This document shows, piece by piece, positions 12,401-25,264 of a DNA stretch of 64,000 nt. A program made the position numbers and the translations under genes. Each line of letters begins with the position of its first letter. Position 1 is the first letter of the stretch. The stretch comes from Psilocybe cubensis (lineage: Eukaryota). The stretch spans positions 2,542,001-2,606,000 of the forward strand of contig CM038999.1 of the NCBI GenBank assembly GCA_017499595.2. Reading direction: 5' to 3'. The notes below the pieces were generated by a model. It made no database searches. It had not been told where the DNA came from and was given only the letters and a program-made list of their open reading frames with translations.

Positions 12401-14570
12401 GGGCTAGAAAAGTGTCTTTCTTCGGCAGCGTAGGCGGCCTGACTGTTGGCCTCAAACATGGCTTTTTAAGCGAAGATTGCGTCAAACTTGATGCGAGAGA
12501 TCTGGCCTTTTCAGTCTCTCTACAAAGAATGGACTCCGAATCTGGACATTCAATATCCATCGTCCTAGACACAGAATTTTTAGGTGGAGTTCGGTTTTCA
12601 CGATTACAAGATATACTTTGCTTCAAAGCCGTATGGCTCGACCGTATTCCACTGTTCAACCAAGCACCACAGGATGCCAAAACACCTCTTCGAACTGCAG
12701 ACACCGAACTTGCAGATGTTTCTTCATTGCAGGGAAGAATGTCAACGATCGTCTTGGTTCGAATACGTAAAATCAAGTTAGAGGTGGATCTTGGACAATC
12801 CATCAGCAAAATCGGCCTAGAACTTGCTGACTCCGTGCTGAGGATGAAGCTGACTGATGATATAAATGATGTCTTCCTTTTTATTGGAGACGTATCAACC
12901 ACTGCTCTAGGAAACCTATCCGGGCATGCTCAGGTATCCTCTTGTGTATTTCAGACGACGCGGAGGTCGGAAATTGGAATATGGGATGACCTGGGAAGAG
13001 GAAAAATGCTAGAATTAAAATTAACTAGTGGACCTCTCGTCATTGAGCTGGAATCTGACCGTCAGAAATTGCTTCATTACCGGTAAGCAAAACTAGGTTA
13101 TGGGACAAATACCTGGGCTTACACATTTATACCTTCAGTGCACAACCCTTGGGAGTCGAGGTTTACGATGATTGGTCAAGAGCTCACCCACAGGGAGGCA
13201 AAACCTCACGCCCTCTGCAACTATCATTCACCGTGACTTGTCCGGAAATCGTTGCCGCCGTCACTGTTGGCACGATTCCGAAGTTGTTATCGCATGCAAA
13301 TAAGTTCAAAGCCAATTTAGATGCTCAACGTCAAGGGGCGTTCCGAGAATCGCAAACATTCCGGGCTACACGCACCCCTAAACCGGACAATCCATTATCT
13401 GCGGTTGCTGAAGCAATGCTGCAATCTGCCAAAAGCCGATTCAAAGAAACAGACATGGGACTTTCCTATATCATCAGGCAACATATGAGTCTACGCCTCG
13501 ACACACTCCGGTTGATCGTGTTCCCTCGAACCATGAGGGACGTGGAGATAGCTCACTTTATTGCGCGAGATGTTGCTGCACAATTGAACGGTCTCCTTAG
13601 CACAGATATGGCACCTGGAAGCAGAGACCTTGTTTTATCATTCTCATCAATGATCATCTCAAGGTACACTCAAGTAACCCACCCACCAGTCGCCCTCTCA
13701 GATTCAACACGGGAGCGGACGGAACCTGAATGGCCAGATTCTCTCTTCAAAGATGCTATAGAGGCTACTATCGTTGGACTCCCTTCCATGAAAATGCACA
13801 TGCTTAGCGAAGAGGTCATCGAAGAAACAGGCAAAATACTGACGTACGACTTTTACAGTCAGTTCGTTCGCCGGGTTGGAATGAAGGCGTTCGAAGATAT
13901 TTACATCACCTTGAACGTGTCACTGTATTCTTGGCTTACAGTTCTGCGAAAAAATCTAGCTCGGGAGTTGGATCAGGTACGCGCCACAGAGGATTGGCGA
14001 ACCTCTATTAGCAACATGTCCACTACCATGATCTCTGGAGCCTCAGCAAGAAAAAAGAAGGTACCTGACCCGCTTTCACTGGTAGACAGCCCCCGATCAG
14101 CCTCACTCCCTAGCGCTGGCACTGCTGGGTTGTCGCCATATGCTCCTTCATCCGCTCGACATGGTTGGCTTGATCATAATCGCTCTCCTCAAATTGTAAA
14201 CGAACAATATCTTTCCGCATCACCATCACCATTACAGTCCGAATCAATTATGATACACTTCCCACCCGTAAAGGATATTATAGAGGACACACCAGCATCG
14301 CGAGCACAACCAAAAAGGGCCACAATCACTTACAGACCGCGAGAAAGGCACATTGAACGGCTAACAATGAGACAATTGGGAGAAGCCACGCCGGATGTGA
14401 TGCATCCTTTTTTTATGAAAAAGGCTGGCTTCAATTTGGAAGATTCGCTTCCGCAATACGTCAACGAATACGCCGTTGTGCCTTTGGAGGAAATTATGGA
14501 AGTTTTGTTGAAGTTGTATAGTCAACAGCTCCTGGTTGGGACAAAACGGCCTCTTTTTGTGAATCGTTAG
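3492..14570 (+). CDS. CSF1: Csf1 / BLTP1 (KIAA1109, Tweek) bridge-like lipid transfer protein, >3000 aa, many introns
   Basis: N-terminal TM helix followed by FFYWNRFIAY, SIHFSILAGRILLKDV.Y, WRYWIR, G.EWFIYNRT.AYD, YGPWADRQR..LQ..FFP and a C-terminal RQLGEATP. Long exons at 8449-11058, 11496-13082 and 13139-14570. Confidence 0.92.
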
Positions 14571-14747
14571 GTCCGGTTGAGGTTTCAGATCTCAAGATGG
14601 AATGCGTAATGCTAAGTACGAACCGCTACAAAGGTTTTTCTTTCAGTATATCAACTGCACATGTCTCAAATAAAAAAACCATGTTAGAGGGAACATGATA
14701 ATGTACATGGTAACAACAATTGAGAGAAACCAGAACAAGATCATACA

Positions 14748-15672
14748 TCATTTCTCTAGTGGTCGGCCATTAAAGATACTGAGAAGTGCAAAGCATCCGT
14801 ACAGTAGCCCAACGGGATATGCGACAAGAAGCCGTTGATCAGATAAGCGAAGGACGGCGACGAAAATGCCCGACGCGGCATATGTACACCATAGGATTGA
14901 CAAGACGGAGAGCAGGTATCCGAATGTATCGCTAGAGGAGTCAACACAATTAGGTGATTGTAAGACAGATAGAAGAATAACACAAACTCTAGAGCCATCG
15001 TGACGCTAATGGCACCGACTCCTACCATAGGTAAAAGACAGTAACCTAGTACAGATGCAACGCGGTAGGCATCAATCCCTTGTTCAGACATCAAATTGAG
15101 GAGAGTATAGAGAGATGCAGATCCAAAAAGGCCGACGCCATAGATGTAGTTGAAGTTTGATTTTCCAGACTAAACGAGCTGTTAGGTCAGAAAACATGAA
15201 ATTTATGATGACGCACGAATAGAAGACAAATGCCGAAACAGAAGCAGAAAAAAATGGGACCTGCGAGGTCGGCATCGTCCATAATGTGTTCGTCAACGCG
15301 CCGAAGGGGGTTAAGAACAGTCAATGATTTGTCTCGTATATGCTGAAAATTAATTCCAAGTTCTGCTCATAGAAAGAAATCAAGTCAAACTCGCATTTGT
15401 ATTTCGGGATACATACCTTCAAGTAAGGGTGGTTCGCCTTCAAAGCCACCGGTACCAAATGCAGTCCACCAGCCTCCTTGAGGCTGCATGTTGCCCCCAA
15501 ACCCGCTCGGTTGTTGAGCTATAGATCCCTGTACCTGGCCATCGAGACTTGTCCGTGATGCAACATAATATTCTTGAGGTTGAGAATAGAATTGCAGAGG
15601 TTCCTGTTGTAATTGTTGAGGGTAATAATTAGAGGAAGATGCGTAGAGATTAGCGTTGTCTTGCTGCCACAT
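14748..15672 (-). CDS. YIP1: Yip1-domain Golgi/ER trafficking protein (YIPF5/7-like)
   Basis: Motifs [33 protein letters not shown] and [16 protein letters not shown] at 15672, stop at 14748-14750. Confidence 0.9.
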
Positions 15673-15834
15673 ATTAATTGCAGATAGCGCGCACTGAGTT
15701 GGTGGTCTTTGACAATGCACCACCGTTAACTTACAATGCTGAACACGTTGACCACGTGATCTTGAGCCTAACCTCATTTCCCGATTTATTGACCTTTATT
15801 TGGTACAAGGTTTGAACACTTCGTTTCTGCAGTC

Positions 15835-16867
15835 ATGGTAAGTCGTGGTACAGACAACAGACTGTGCCCTCTAACTTTTGATTTCAGCCCCAGGTATATG
15901 GTTTCTCGAAGTGACTTTTCAGGCCATATCAATAATTTATTTGCAGAACGAGTATATCGAAGAGTCTATCAAAAGACATGGTCGCCGTCTTGATCATTTC
16001 GAGCGCAAGTATGTGAAGAGATGAATCGCTTATCTCATCTGACCTATGAATTAGGCGCAAACGCGAAGCTCGAGAAGCCCACAAGGCTTCAGCATATGCA
16101 CAGAAAGCTTTCGGTATCAAGGGCAAGCTTTTGCACGCTAAACGTCATGCCGAAAAGATTCAGATGAAAAAGACGCTGAAGGCTCACGATGAACGCAATG
16201 TTAAGCAACCCGACTCCGGGACAGTGCCAGATGGTGCCCTTCCCACCTATCTTCTTGACCGAGAGGGTCAAAAAGACGCCAAGACATTATCCAGTGCTAT
16301 TAAGCAGAAGCGCAAGGATAAGGCTGCCAAATTTGCTGTACCTCTGCCCAAAGTTCGGGGCATTGCAGAAGACGAAATGTTCAAGGTTTTAAAAACAGGA
16401 AAAAGCAAAAGCAAGGCTTGGAAGCGTATGGTTACCAAGGCTACATTTGTCGGAGAAGGTTTCACGAGAAAACCTGTCAAGATGGAGAGATTCATCAGAC
16501 CAATGGCTTTACGATACAAGAAAGCTAACGTTACACATCGTGTGTCTTTTTTATGCTTGTTCGCTTATCTTTTAACCTTTTCTTCAGCGGATTTGAAAGC
16601 GACCTTTCAACTCCAAATTTTGGGCGTAAAGAAGAACCCACAATCTCCTATGTACACTCAACTTGGTGTGATGACCAAGGGCACCGTGATCGAGGTCAAT
16701 GTTTCCGAACTTGGCTTGGTGACTTCAGGTGGAAAGGTCGTGTTTGGAAAGTACGCCCAAATTACAAATAACCCAGAAAATGACGGCTGTATAAATGCTG
16801 TACTACGTGCGTCATATGTTTTTGTTTTCTATTTTGCATTTACTTAGCCTATCCATTAGTTGTATGA
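15835..16867 (+). CDS. NSA2: Ribosome biogenesis protein Nsa2
   Basis: Spliced [24 protein letters not shown]...[21 protein letters not shown]...[22 protein letters not shown]. Confidence 0.96.
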
Positions 16868-17300
16868 TACACGATATTATTCTACCATGACAGCCGTCCG
16901 CAGTCCACACACACACACGCCTGTATCTTTAATCTAAGATGACTGAGGATACAAAGCCCTCACACCATTACTTGACCATGTTATTTGATACATACCCAAG
17001 CATTTCATTAGATGTGTAATATGTTGCGTAGTCCTTGCCTCATGAACTTCCGTTCAATCCTTGCTTAGATTGTATATGTACATTGTTTCAATGGGTATCG
17101 AAGAATCAGTAATTCATCAGGTCCGCCCGAACACCATCAATGGACGTTTAATCTCTGCCAATCGTTGATAGAAAATTCTGAACATCTCTCCTCTTGTAGG
17201 CATAGTCTGCCGATCAGTCACATAATCGCCTGCCCTGAAGATAGATTCCTCTGGTCACGGGCAAGATCACGTCCAAACTGCAGCAAACCAACTGGGGAGA

Positions 17301-18645
17301 ATGTCGAGTGCTTTCACTGGTGCCTATAACTCTCCATACAACCAAAACCTTGGTTCTTTTCGGTTTGAACCGACCTCTTCATACCTTTCTTCTAATGAAC
17401 AACTTGCGTCTTCCTCCTCGGCTGCGCCAGCGTCCACCTGGCATCGGGTTGTTCACCCAGCAGCCAACGCTATTGAAACAAAGTCTACTCAGAAACCAAA
17501 GATTATCAAACATACACCGGAAGAACTAGAACACATGAATGAGACTTTAAATCGGTAGGCGACTTGCGGCTGCATGTATTCACCTATGACTGAATGGTTT
17601 GTAGGTTTCGAAATCGCCTCCTCCAGGATCAAGCTCATGTCACCCGCCCTGATGTGGACTCACCGTTCATTGACGAAGTGGATATAATTAACCGTTTACT
17701 TCCGTACCATTTATTTCAACATCCCAAGGATGACCTAGACGTTGTGATTGATCGTAAAGGGAAGGAGAAAGCTCACAATTTGAACTGGATGGACGAAATA
17801 CAGGGTGCGTTCGCTACATTCGATGTGATGCAGCATTACTTCATCCTCATGAATACTCCAGAGACTAAACTAGCATTGGAATGTGCCAAGAGATGTGAAG
17901 CTATTCGAGATCGCTGGCGCAAGCTCAAAATTCGCTCTGGTCAGGTAGGTGTCTCAATTTGTTGTTAGTAGCCACACCTTTAACGACTTTATCCTACAAG
18001 CGGTCATCACCCGATGACCAATCTTATTATCTTGCCCAAGTTATTTTGGACGCCGAAAGGGCAGAAAACGCATGGTTAGGAAACGAATTGCGTTCAGCAA
18101 GAACCGAAGCTGAGCGGATAGAAAGAGAAAAACGGGCCAATAACAACATGACACGCATGTCGCATTTCAGTGCGACGCCACAGACGCCTATGCCAGCCGT
18201 GCAGGCGCAATATTACCGTGGATACCCTTACGCATACACCCAGGCGTATGGTAGCAGTGCAACACCTCCAACTGTTTCTACATTTTCTGTCGCGGGCCCC
18301 ACTCCATCAAATTACACTCCATCGCAGGCAAGTGCTGCTATTCCGGTTCAATTACCTGTGGCATCCCTACCGGCCCTCCATGCATTAGGCATAGTACCAG
18401 TCCCGGCTGCGTCCTTGCCACCTGAAGGCCATCATCAAACCCCTGCTGTATTGCGAGGGTCTACGGCCAACGGTACAATATTAAGCCTCGAGATCAACGT
18501 GTCATTACTACAAAGTACTCAGATGAGTGGATTGGCTATGGTCTTGAATTCTTTAGTTACACGGAACAACGCTGCAAATTCGGCCCGTAGTGGTAGTCCA
18601 AGCGCCTCAAATCAAGTGGATTCTGCAAATTTAATGTCGAAGTAG
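17301..18645 (+). CDS. GLTSCR1 (BICRA) domain protein
   Basis: LLQDQAHVTRPDVDSPFIDEVDIINRLLPYHLF matches the GLTSCR1 conserved region. It is followed by a coiled coil and a low-complexity P/A/T tail; about 4 exons. Confidence 0.75.
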
Positions 18646-18803
18646 TGTAGTTATTCGAACATTTACCTATGTTATCAACCGTCCCGTAATAATGTATTGT
18701 AATTGTATCCGATGTGATGATTATATATCATTAGTTAAAGTCATGAGTTTAATTATAAGCGAAGAACTCAGAACTATGCTTTTGCTATATTTGTACCCCT
18801 TGG

Positions 18804-21800
18804 ATGGCATCACATCAAGGCGAAGTGTCAACGTACCTTGCTTCTCTTAACATACCAACGCATGAGGCGGGGTCCCTCGCTCCTACATCATCAAGCAGAA
18901 AGCCATTAAATTTTTACATCGATATGCCAGAGCCCGATTCTCCTGTAGATATGGATCCCCAACAGGCACCTGATCAGCAAGGAAGAAGTGCACCTGCTCC
19001 CTATAGGGCAAACTCTTCGCCAATAATTTCGCATACAGAGGCTTCGACACCTACGGAACGCACCCATCTCGAAACCCCTAACATCGCAAGGTCCTACGGC
19101 ACTCTCCCCACGCGTCGACGCGGTTTAAGCAAATCCTCCACCCCCCGGAGAAACCTTTCCCAACTACCTACTATACCTCCTCTTCAACGAACCCGAACAA
19201 GTTCATTCAGTCATCTGCCTTTCACAACCTCTCCATTCCGCGACCTCTCTTTCGCAAGGTTGAGCACTAGACCTATTTCCTCATACGACGAACCACTACA
19301 CACTAAGGATGGCATCGTGTCCGACGCGGACGCAAAAGTGAATGGAATCCGTGTATGGTACACCTCCTTCACATCTATCGACTGGCTGCATGATGCCATC
19401 AAGGACTCTGCTCGATTTTCGAAGTTGAGGCGGCGACAGTCTATCCGATCTCGTTTGCGTCTTGCCTTTGACAAAAGCTTAGGCTGGATTATAGTTACGA
19501 TTGTAGGATTTCTTACTGCTATCGTCGCCTTCCTTGTCGTCCGAAGCGAGCAATTGTTATTTGATATGAAGGAAGGCTACTGCCTGACTGGTTGGTGGAA
19601 GGCGCGGAGGTTTTGTTGCCCCACAATTGATAATGGAGAGTTGGGTGGTACTTTTTTTGGCGCGTCATGTCTTCCCTGGAAAACATGGTCAGAAGTATTA
19701 TCTCCAAGGGGAGGTGCGGATAAAGATAGTTTGGTGGAATACGCGTCATACGCATGTATTGCGGTAGGCTGAACAACTATTGTCCAGAATTAATCATTTT
19801 ATCCACACACACTTGCAGATCACATTAGCTGCAACCTCTTGCCTGCTGACCATATATTTGACAAATTCGACTACTTTTGTGACTCGTAAAGAATCTGGAA
19901 GTGGCTCCCGTTCAGACAACGCAAAGGGTGCTAAATCCTCCGCAGAACCAAAACGGAAGGTTATGTTTTATGTATGTTCTTTTTTTACCTTGAAATACAT
20001 ATCAGCACCTGATGATAGTAGGCCGCAGGCAGTGGAATACCTGAAATTAAGACAATTCTTTCTGGTAAGGCAAAATGCTACAGATACATATACTTTGTAA
20101 ATCACACACCGTTCAGGTTTTGTTATACATGGCTACCTTGGAGGAAGGACCTTGTTCACGAAGTCGGTTGGATTGGCGCTTTCCGTTGCTTCCGGCCTGT
20201 CACTGGGGAAGGAAGGTCCATTCGTTCACATTGCAAGTTGCGTTGGAAATATTGTCAGCCGTATCACGACAAAATACGAAAACAATGAAGGTATTAACTG
20301 CTGAATATATGTGGCATTAATTTAACAACATTCAAAATCTAGCTAAACGCCGTGAAATATTGAGTGCTTCTTGTGCGGCTGGTGTTGCAGTCGCTTTCGG
20401 TGCACCCATTGGCGGAACCTTGTTTAGTTTAGAAGAAGTATCATATTTCTTCCCTCCCAAGGTGCATTTATTTTCTCTAGTAATTGGTACCTTTGCTGAC
20501 GGAATGAGAAGGTGATGTGGAGAAGGTTTGCTTGCCAACAACAATAGAATATTGTCTTTTATTGATACACTTGTATAAGCTTTTTCTGCGCAATGATCGC
20601 TGCCATTACGCTCAAGATACTCGATCCATTTGGTACTGGCAAATTAGTTCTCTTCCAGGTGACTTACGACAAAGTAAATCTGGAATAAATATATAATGGA
20701 CACCGTCGCTGACTTTGGCTTACAGGATTGGCATGCCTGGGAGCTCTTTCCGTTTGTGATTCTTGGGGTCATTGGAGTACGTCCCTTTGAAAGGGAACTA
20801 TTGCTTTTGACTTTAGGCCTAATTGCATTTAGGGAATATATGGTGCATACTTCTCCAAGCTCAATTATCATTGGAGCAAGAATGTTCGTAATAAAACATT
20901 CTTGGCCTCTCATCCAATCGTGGAAGTGTTACTAGTGCGTGCAATAATTTTTTGAGGAATTACCTCCTGTCGGGGTATTGATTTCAGCCTCAGATCACAT
21001 TGGTAACTTCAGTACTTTGTTTTCTCAATCCTTACACCCGGATGGGTGGAACTGAGCTCATCTACAACCTATTTGCGGAATGTCGAACTGGCTCCAGAAA
21101 TACTCACTCAGGCCTTTGTATAATTGACCCAGGCTCATTTACTCAAGTTTGGCCAGTCGCCAGATCCATTCTGGTCGCAATGTTGGTGAAAGCCGGTTTA
21201 ACTGTGGTGACTTTTGGTATCAAACTTCCCGCTGGAATATTTATTCCGACTCTGGGAGTTGGAGCGTGTGCTGGACGTGTGATGGGGATTGCAATGCAAT
21301 GGATCCAAACAAAACACCCCAACTCAGTGATGTTTAATGCCTGTGGAGGAGACATGGACTGTAAGATTTGGACAACTCGACGATATAACAACAAGTTTAC
21401 TTTTATACTGTAGGCATTATTCCAGGACTTTATGCTATGGTGGGAGCTGCAGCCACACTCTCCGGTGTCACAGTAAGATTCTTAGTTTGGTCAACTCTAG
21501 GTTTATTCGAATTACTGACGTATGCACTGCAGAGAACCACAGTTTCGCTGGCTGTAATTATGTTTGAACTGACGGATACTCTCACATACGCTGTGCCTGT
21601 GATGCTTTCTGTTCTCGTAGCCAAGACTGTCGCAGACGCTTTGGAGCCGAAGGGAATTTACGACCTTGTTATTGAACTCAATCAGCTACCGTACTTGGAT
21701 TCAAAGCATGAATACCTGTGGGGAAATCTTCAAATAAATGATGTTGTGAGTATTGCTTCATTCCAATTTACCCAACCTAATCTTTCTTTAAGATGTACCG

Positions 21801-22460
21801 GGACGCAGATGTAATAAGAGTAGATAAAAAAAATACTGTCAGTAGCCTAAAAGCCCAGGTAATGAGCCTCACATCGTCTGGCTCTGATGACGGTGGGTTC
21901 CCACTTGTCCGAAAAGATATCAACGACGATGGATATCGCATGGTCGGATACATTGGGCTGAACGAACTCGAACATGCACTAGGTTTGGTTCTTTATCACC
22001 TTTCTATCACCACTCTCACCGTTGTTCTTGTGCAGCCCTCGTATCAGACGATAGCCAAGATGAGGTTCAGTTCCATACGGCCTATTCACATCCCATGGCT
22101 TCTTCTTCCATTTCTTCTCTGCAGGACTCCGGTGTGGGCACAGCCTCGTCATCTTTGGATCCATTTGACTTTACACCATATATGGACCAAGTATGTTATT
22201 AGTTAGTCTCTAGAACGACAACTGATGCAAGTATAACAGGCTCCTCTGACTTTGGTTAATAATTCTCCCATGGAACTCGTACACCAAGTGTTTGTCAAAC
22301 TTGGAGCCAGATATGTCATTGTTACAGACACAGACGGATTGTGTACGTCAGGAAATTTCCACATGGAATTTGTTGATTAACGCCGAAAAATGTAGATGAG
22401 GGTGTCATTGACAAGAAGACATGGCTCGCATTCCTAACCAACCTTGAAGAAAAATCTTGA
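18804..22460 (+). CDS. CLC-family chloride channel / Cl-/H+ antiporter (Gef1/ClC-3-like) with C-terminal CBS domains
   Basis: Motifs [52 protein letters not shown] and GIYD. Many short exons; stop at 22458-22460. Confidence 0.93.
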
Positions 22461-23147
22461 CGGCATAACTGTCTGTGTTAACCCAAAGTTTTAATCAGAA
22501 AGCTTCTTCTGTGTCATTTCATTCGATGACGACACATTTGGATTCTAGCCAAGCCCACCAAACTTGTATCTGTTACCCCGGCATTCTAATACCTAGCAGC
22601 AGCTAGTCCTTACTTTACTTCGATACAGATTGCGCAATAAACAATTACCATTTGGATAATGATTGAATGTTATCCCCCCCCACACTTATTCAAATAAACT
22701 TTCCATTAGTCTCCGTGATTATTTGACAATATTTTCGCTGACAACAAGACATAACGTGTTCGGCTGGAAGTTGATTCTTTTAAGGCTGTGCACTGCCAGC
22801 GCGGGGAAGTGTGAACTGCTAGAAGGCAAGAAGACCGCCCTAGACATTTTGCTCCAATAATCATGCTAAACTTGCGTTATACGGTTCCATCCCAAGTTCC
22901 TTCTCATTCTTTCCGAGTCTCCAGGGTTGTGACAAACAGTCTTTAGATACCTTCGGAGTATACCAGAGAGGAGGTACATGAGAATGACCAAGATTCAGTA
23001 TTTTGAGACTCAGAATAAACCTTGACAATATCAATGTCATTGGCTCCAATTGCTTTATTTGTATTCAAAGGTAATGGCAAACAAACGAATTAAAACTCTT
23101 GAATATGCAGTGTAATACAACCTCATTTTGAACATATTCTTACGACT

Positions 23148-23884
23148 ATGGCAAACGCAGGATTAGGTGTTCCGATCAAGCTTTTGCATGAATCTTTGGG
23201 ACACATAATCACGGTTGAGTTGAAGACTGGACAACTTTACAGAGGAAAGCTCGCCGAAGGTACGTTTATTTATTATTCGTAAACAGGTAAAACAAAGAGT
23301 AACCACGAATGAACAATTTCTACTCTGCGTGTTTCAATATACGCGACTAAAATTCGTTCACAACTTTATTACAGCTGAAGATAATCTAAATATCTCTTTG
23401 AAAGATATCACTGTTACCGGACGAGATGGACGAGTATCTCAGCTTGATCAAGTATACATCCGGGGGAGTATGATTCGCTTCTTCATCGTACCTGATATGC
23501 TACAGAATGCTCCCATGCAAGTTTCCATATCTCGTTTTCAATGGGATTATAAGCTAATTGCACCCACACCTCTGTTCTTTTCACAGGTTCAAACGAGTTG
23601 GACCAAATGCTATGAGAGGACGGGGTATCGGTACGGCGAGAGGACGTGCGACTATCATGAGAGGTCCGTCATCATCATGGCTTCGGCAATGTGCCCTACT
23701 CAATTCAAGAACTGATCTTTTAATTTTTTTCTCTTCCTATTCATTTTTAATGGCCTTCAGCAAACGGTGTGTTCCTGCTTCGCTCCAACATTTCTATCAG
23801 ATATTATATTGACACCTGGGCCTTCGTTTTCTAGCACGACGTGGTCGTGGAGTTGCTCCTCCAGCCAGAGGTATCAGGAGGTAA
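23148..23884 (+). CDS. SMD3: Small nuclear ribonucleoprotein Sm D3
   Basis: [43 protein letters not shown]...[25 protein letters not shown]... with an RG-rich tail; 5 exons. Confidence 0.96.
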
Positions 23885-24803
23885 TAGGACGCGTCGATCC
23901 TCAAAAAACAATTGTTATCTGTTACAACCATGCTTCCCTTTGAGGGTCCTTATACCTTGAATGACCAAAAACACCATTGATGATGAATTAGGCGCAAAAA
24001 CTCCCTTCATTTTGGTATTTATTTTTGTATGGAAGCTCATTCTTTTCCCTGAATCATAGCTGGGAAATGCGGTTGAAACCAGACGGCGCGTTTAAGATGG
24101 CATGCTACTAGAAGATCCATCCAATGGTTCTGCTCGGGGACAAAAAGATAATGCCATGATCATTCATTGCCAAGCGCATCTCTGCATCTCTCATCATGGG
24201 TAAAGTGCAGATAGGCTGTGCAGAGGGCTGTGTAAGGTGCTTCGGCCACTAAGAATTGTGAGGTAAACGACACCTATTGTACGGATCCGGATTGCAGTAC
24301 ATGGACCAGTCCATGGGACGTGCCTGCTTTGAAAAAAGATCTATAACGACGTCATGTCGAGAAAGAAATTGCGGATGACGCGCCGATGGGATGAGAGAGG
24401 TCTCATGAGAAAAGCAGCTTCTCAATTGACTGTTCGGCGGCAAATGTATGCCAAGAGCACAATTGCACGCTGAGTTGTCCACAAACTTTGGTCGTGATAG
24501 GAAGGTGCTCACACATCTTCCGCAAGAACTTGCAGCATCCAGCGTACATGGGGACATTACCCCGAGTTTGAATGTATCATATTGGCAACGATAACGAAAA
24601 ATTTCTGCCCGCGGAGTGATATGGATAATAACAGTATTTAAGTTACACATGTACATGCCATCTGTGGTAAAGCGCAAGATGATGGCAGAATATTCCATCG
24701 TCCAGGGAAAGGTTGAGATAGTGGAGGAGGAGCAGAAAGAAGCCCGTACCATGGTTGTGTCTGATGGACATAAGCCCGAAGGAGCAGGCACGTCGCAGAG
24801 TCG

Positions 24804-25136
24804 CTAGAAATCCGAGACTCTGCCTTTGAAGCTCCAATCACCGCCTGGGTCTGCAGCCCATCGATTAACGGGCTCACGCTTAGGGCCGCCCAGTTCGCCA
24901 GTAGTTGGATTGACGTCACCCTCAAATTCGGGGGTTATTGGGGTGCGAGCATCTGGATGGACGGCGAGATCGTTGGAGGGGGCGAGTGGCGTCTGTGCGT
25001 TCCTAAGAAGGAGCTCATACTCGCGCTGGTCGTCCTGGGGAAGAGGCAGGGGAGCAGGACGGTTGATGGAGACGGTGCGTCTGGCGATTGCTGCTGCTAG
25101 GACGGACCGAGATTTGAGTAGAGGCCTGGAAAACAT
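24804..25136 (-). CDS. SDH8: Succinate dehydrogenase assembly factor 4 (Sdh8, DUF1674)
   Basis: Mitochondrial presequence-like MFSRPLLKSRSVLAAAIARR. C-terminal signature NPTTGELGGPKREP...GDWSFKGRVSDF*. Intronless. Confidence 0.92.
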   Translation of the reverse strand: MFSRPLLKSRSVLAAAIARRTVSINRPAPLPLPQDDQREYELLLRNAQTPLAPSNDLAVHPDARTPITPEFEGDVNPTTGELGGPKREPVNRWAADPGGDWSFKGRVSDF

Positions 25137-25264
25137 TGGTTTACTCAAGTTGCTCTTCAAGGTGCCAATTAACCACAATTTATCCTCCCGGATCAAATGC
25201 GGGGATCTAACCACGTGCCTCTCCTACTCTTGAACCGGCTCAATTAAATACAGTACATCTCTCC

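Noticed and set aside
8142-12902. Long antisense ORFs inside CSF1 (e.g. 12279-12902, 207 aa)
   Set aside because: Shadow frames of long coding exons, with no recognisable motifs.
16907-16918. Short (CA)n tract
   Set aside because: Ordinary microsatellite in the NSA2 3' region.
22461-23147. Possible ncRNA (snRNA, RNase P/MRP, snoRNA) in the CLC-SMD3 spacer
   Set aside because: No diagnostic conserved boxes were recognised by eye; an Rfam covariance search would be needed.
23260-23373. Stwintron or recursive-splicing interpretation of the long SMD3 intron 1
   Set aside because: The upstream piece to the internal AG is only 27 nt, and the nested solution using AG at 23298-23299 breaks the reading frame.
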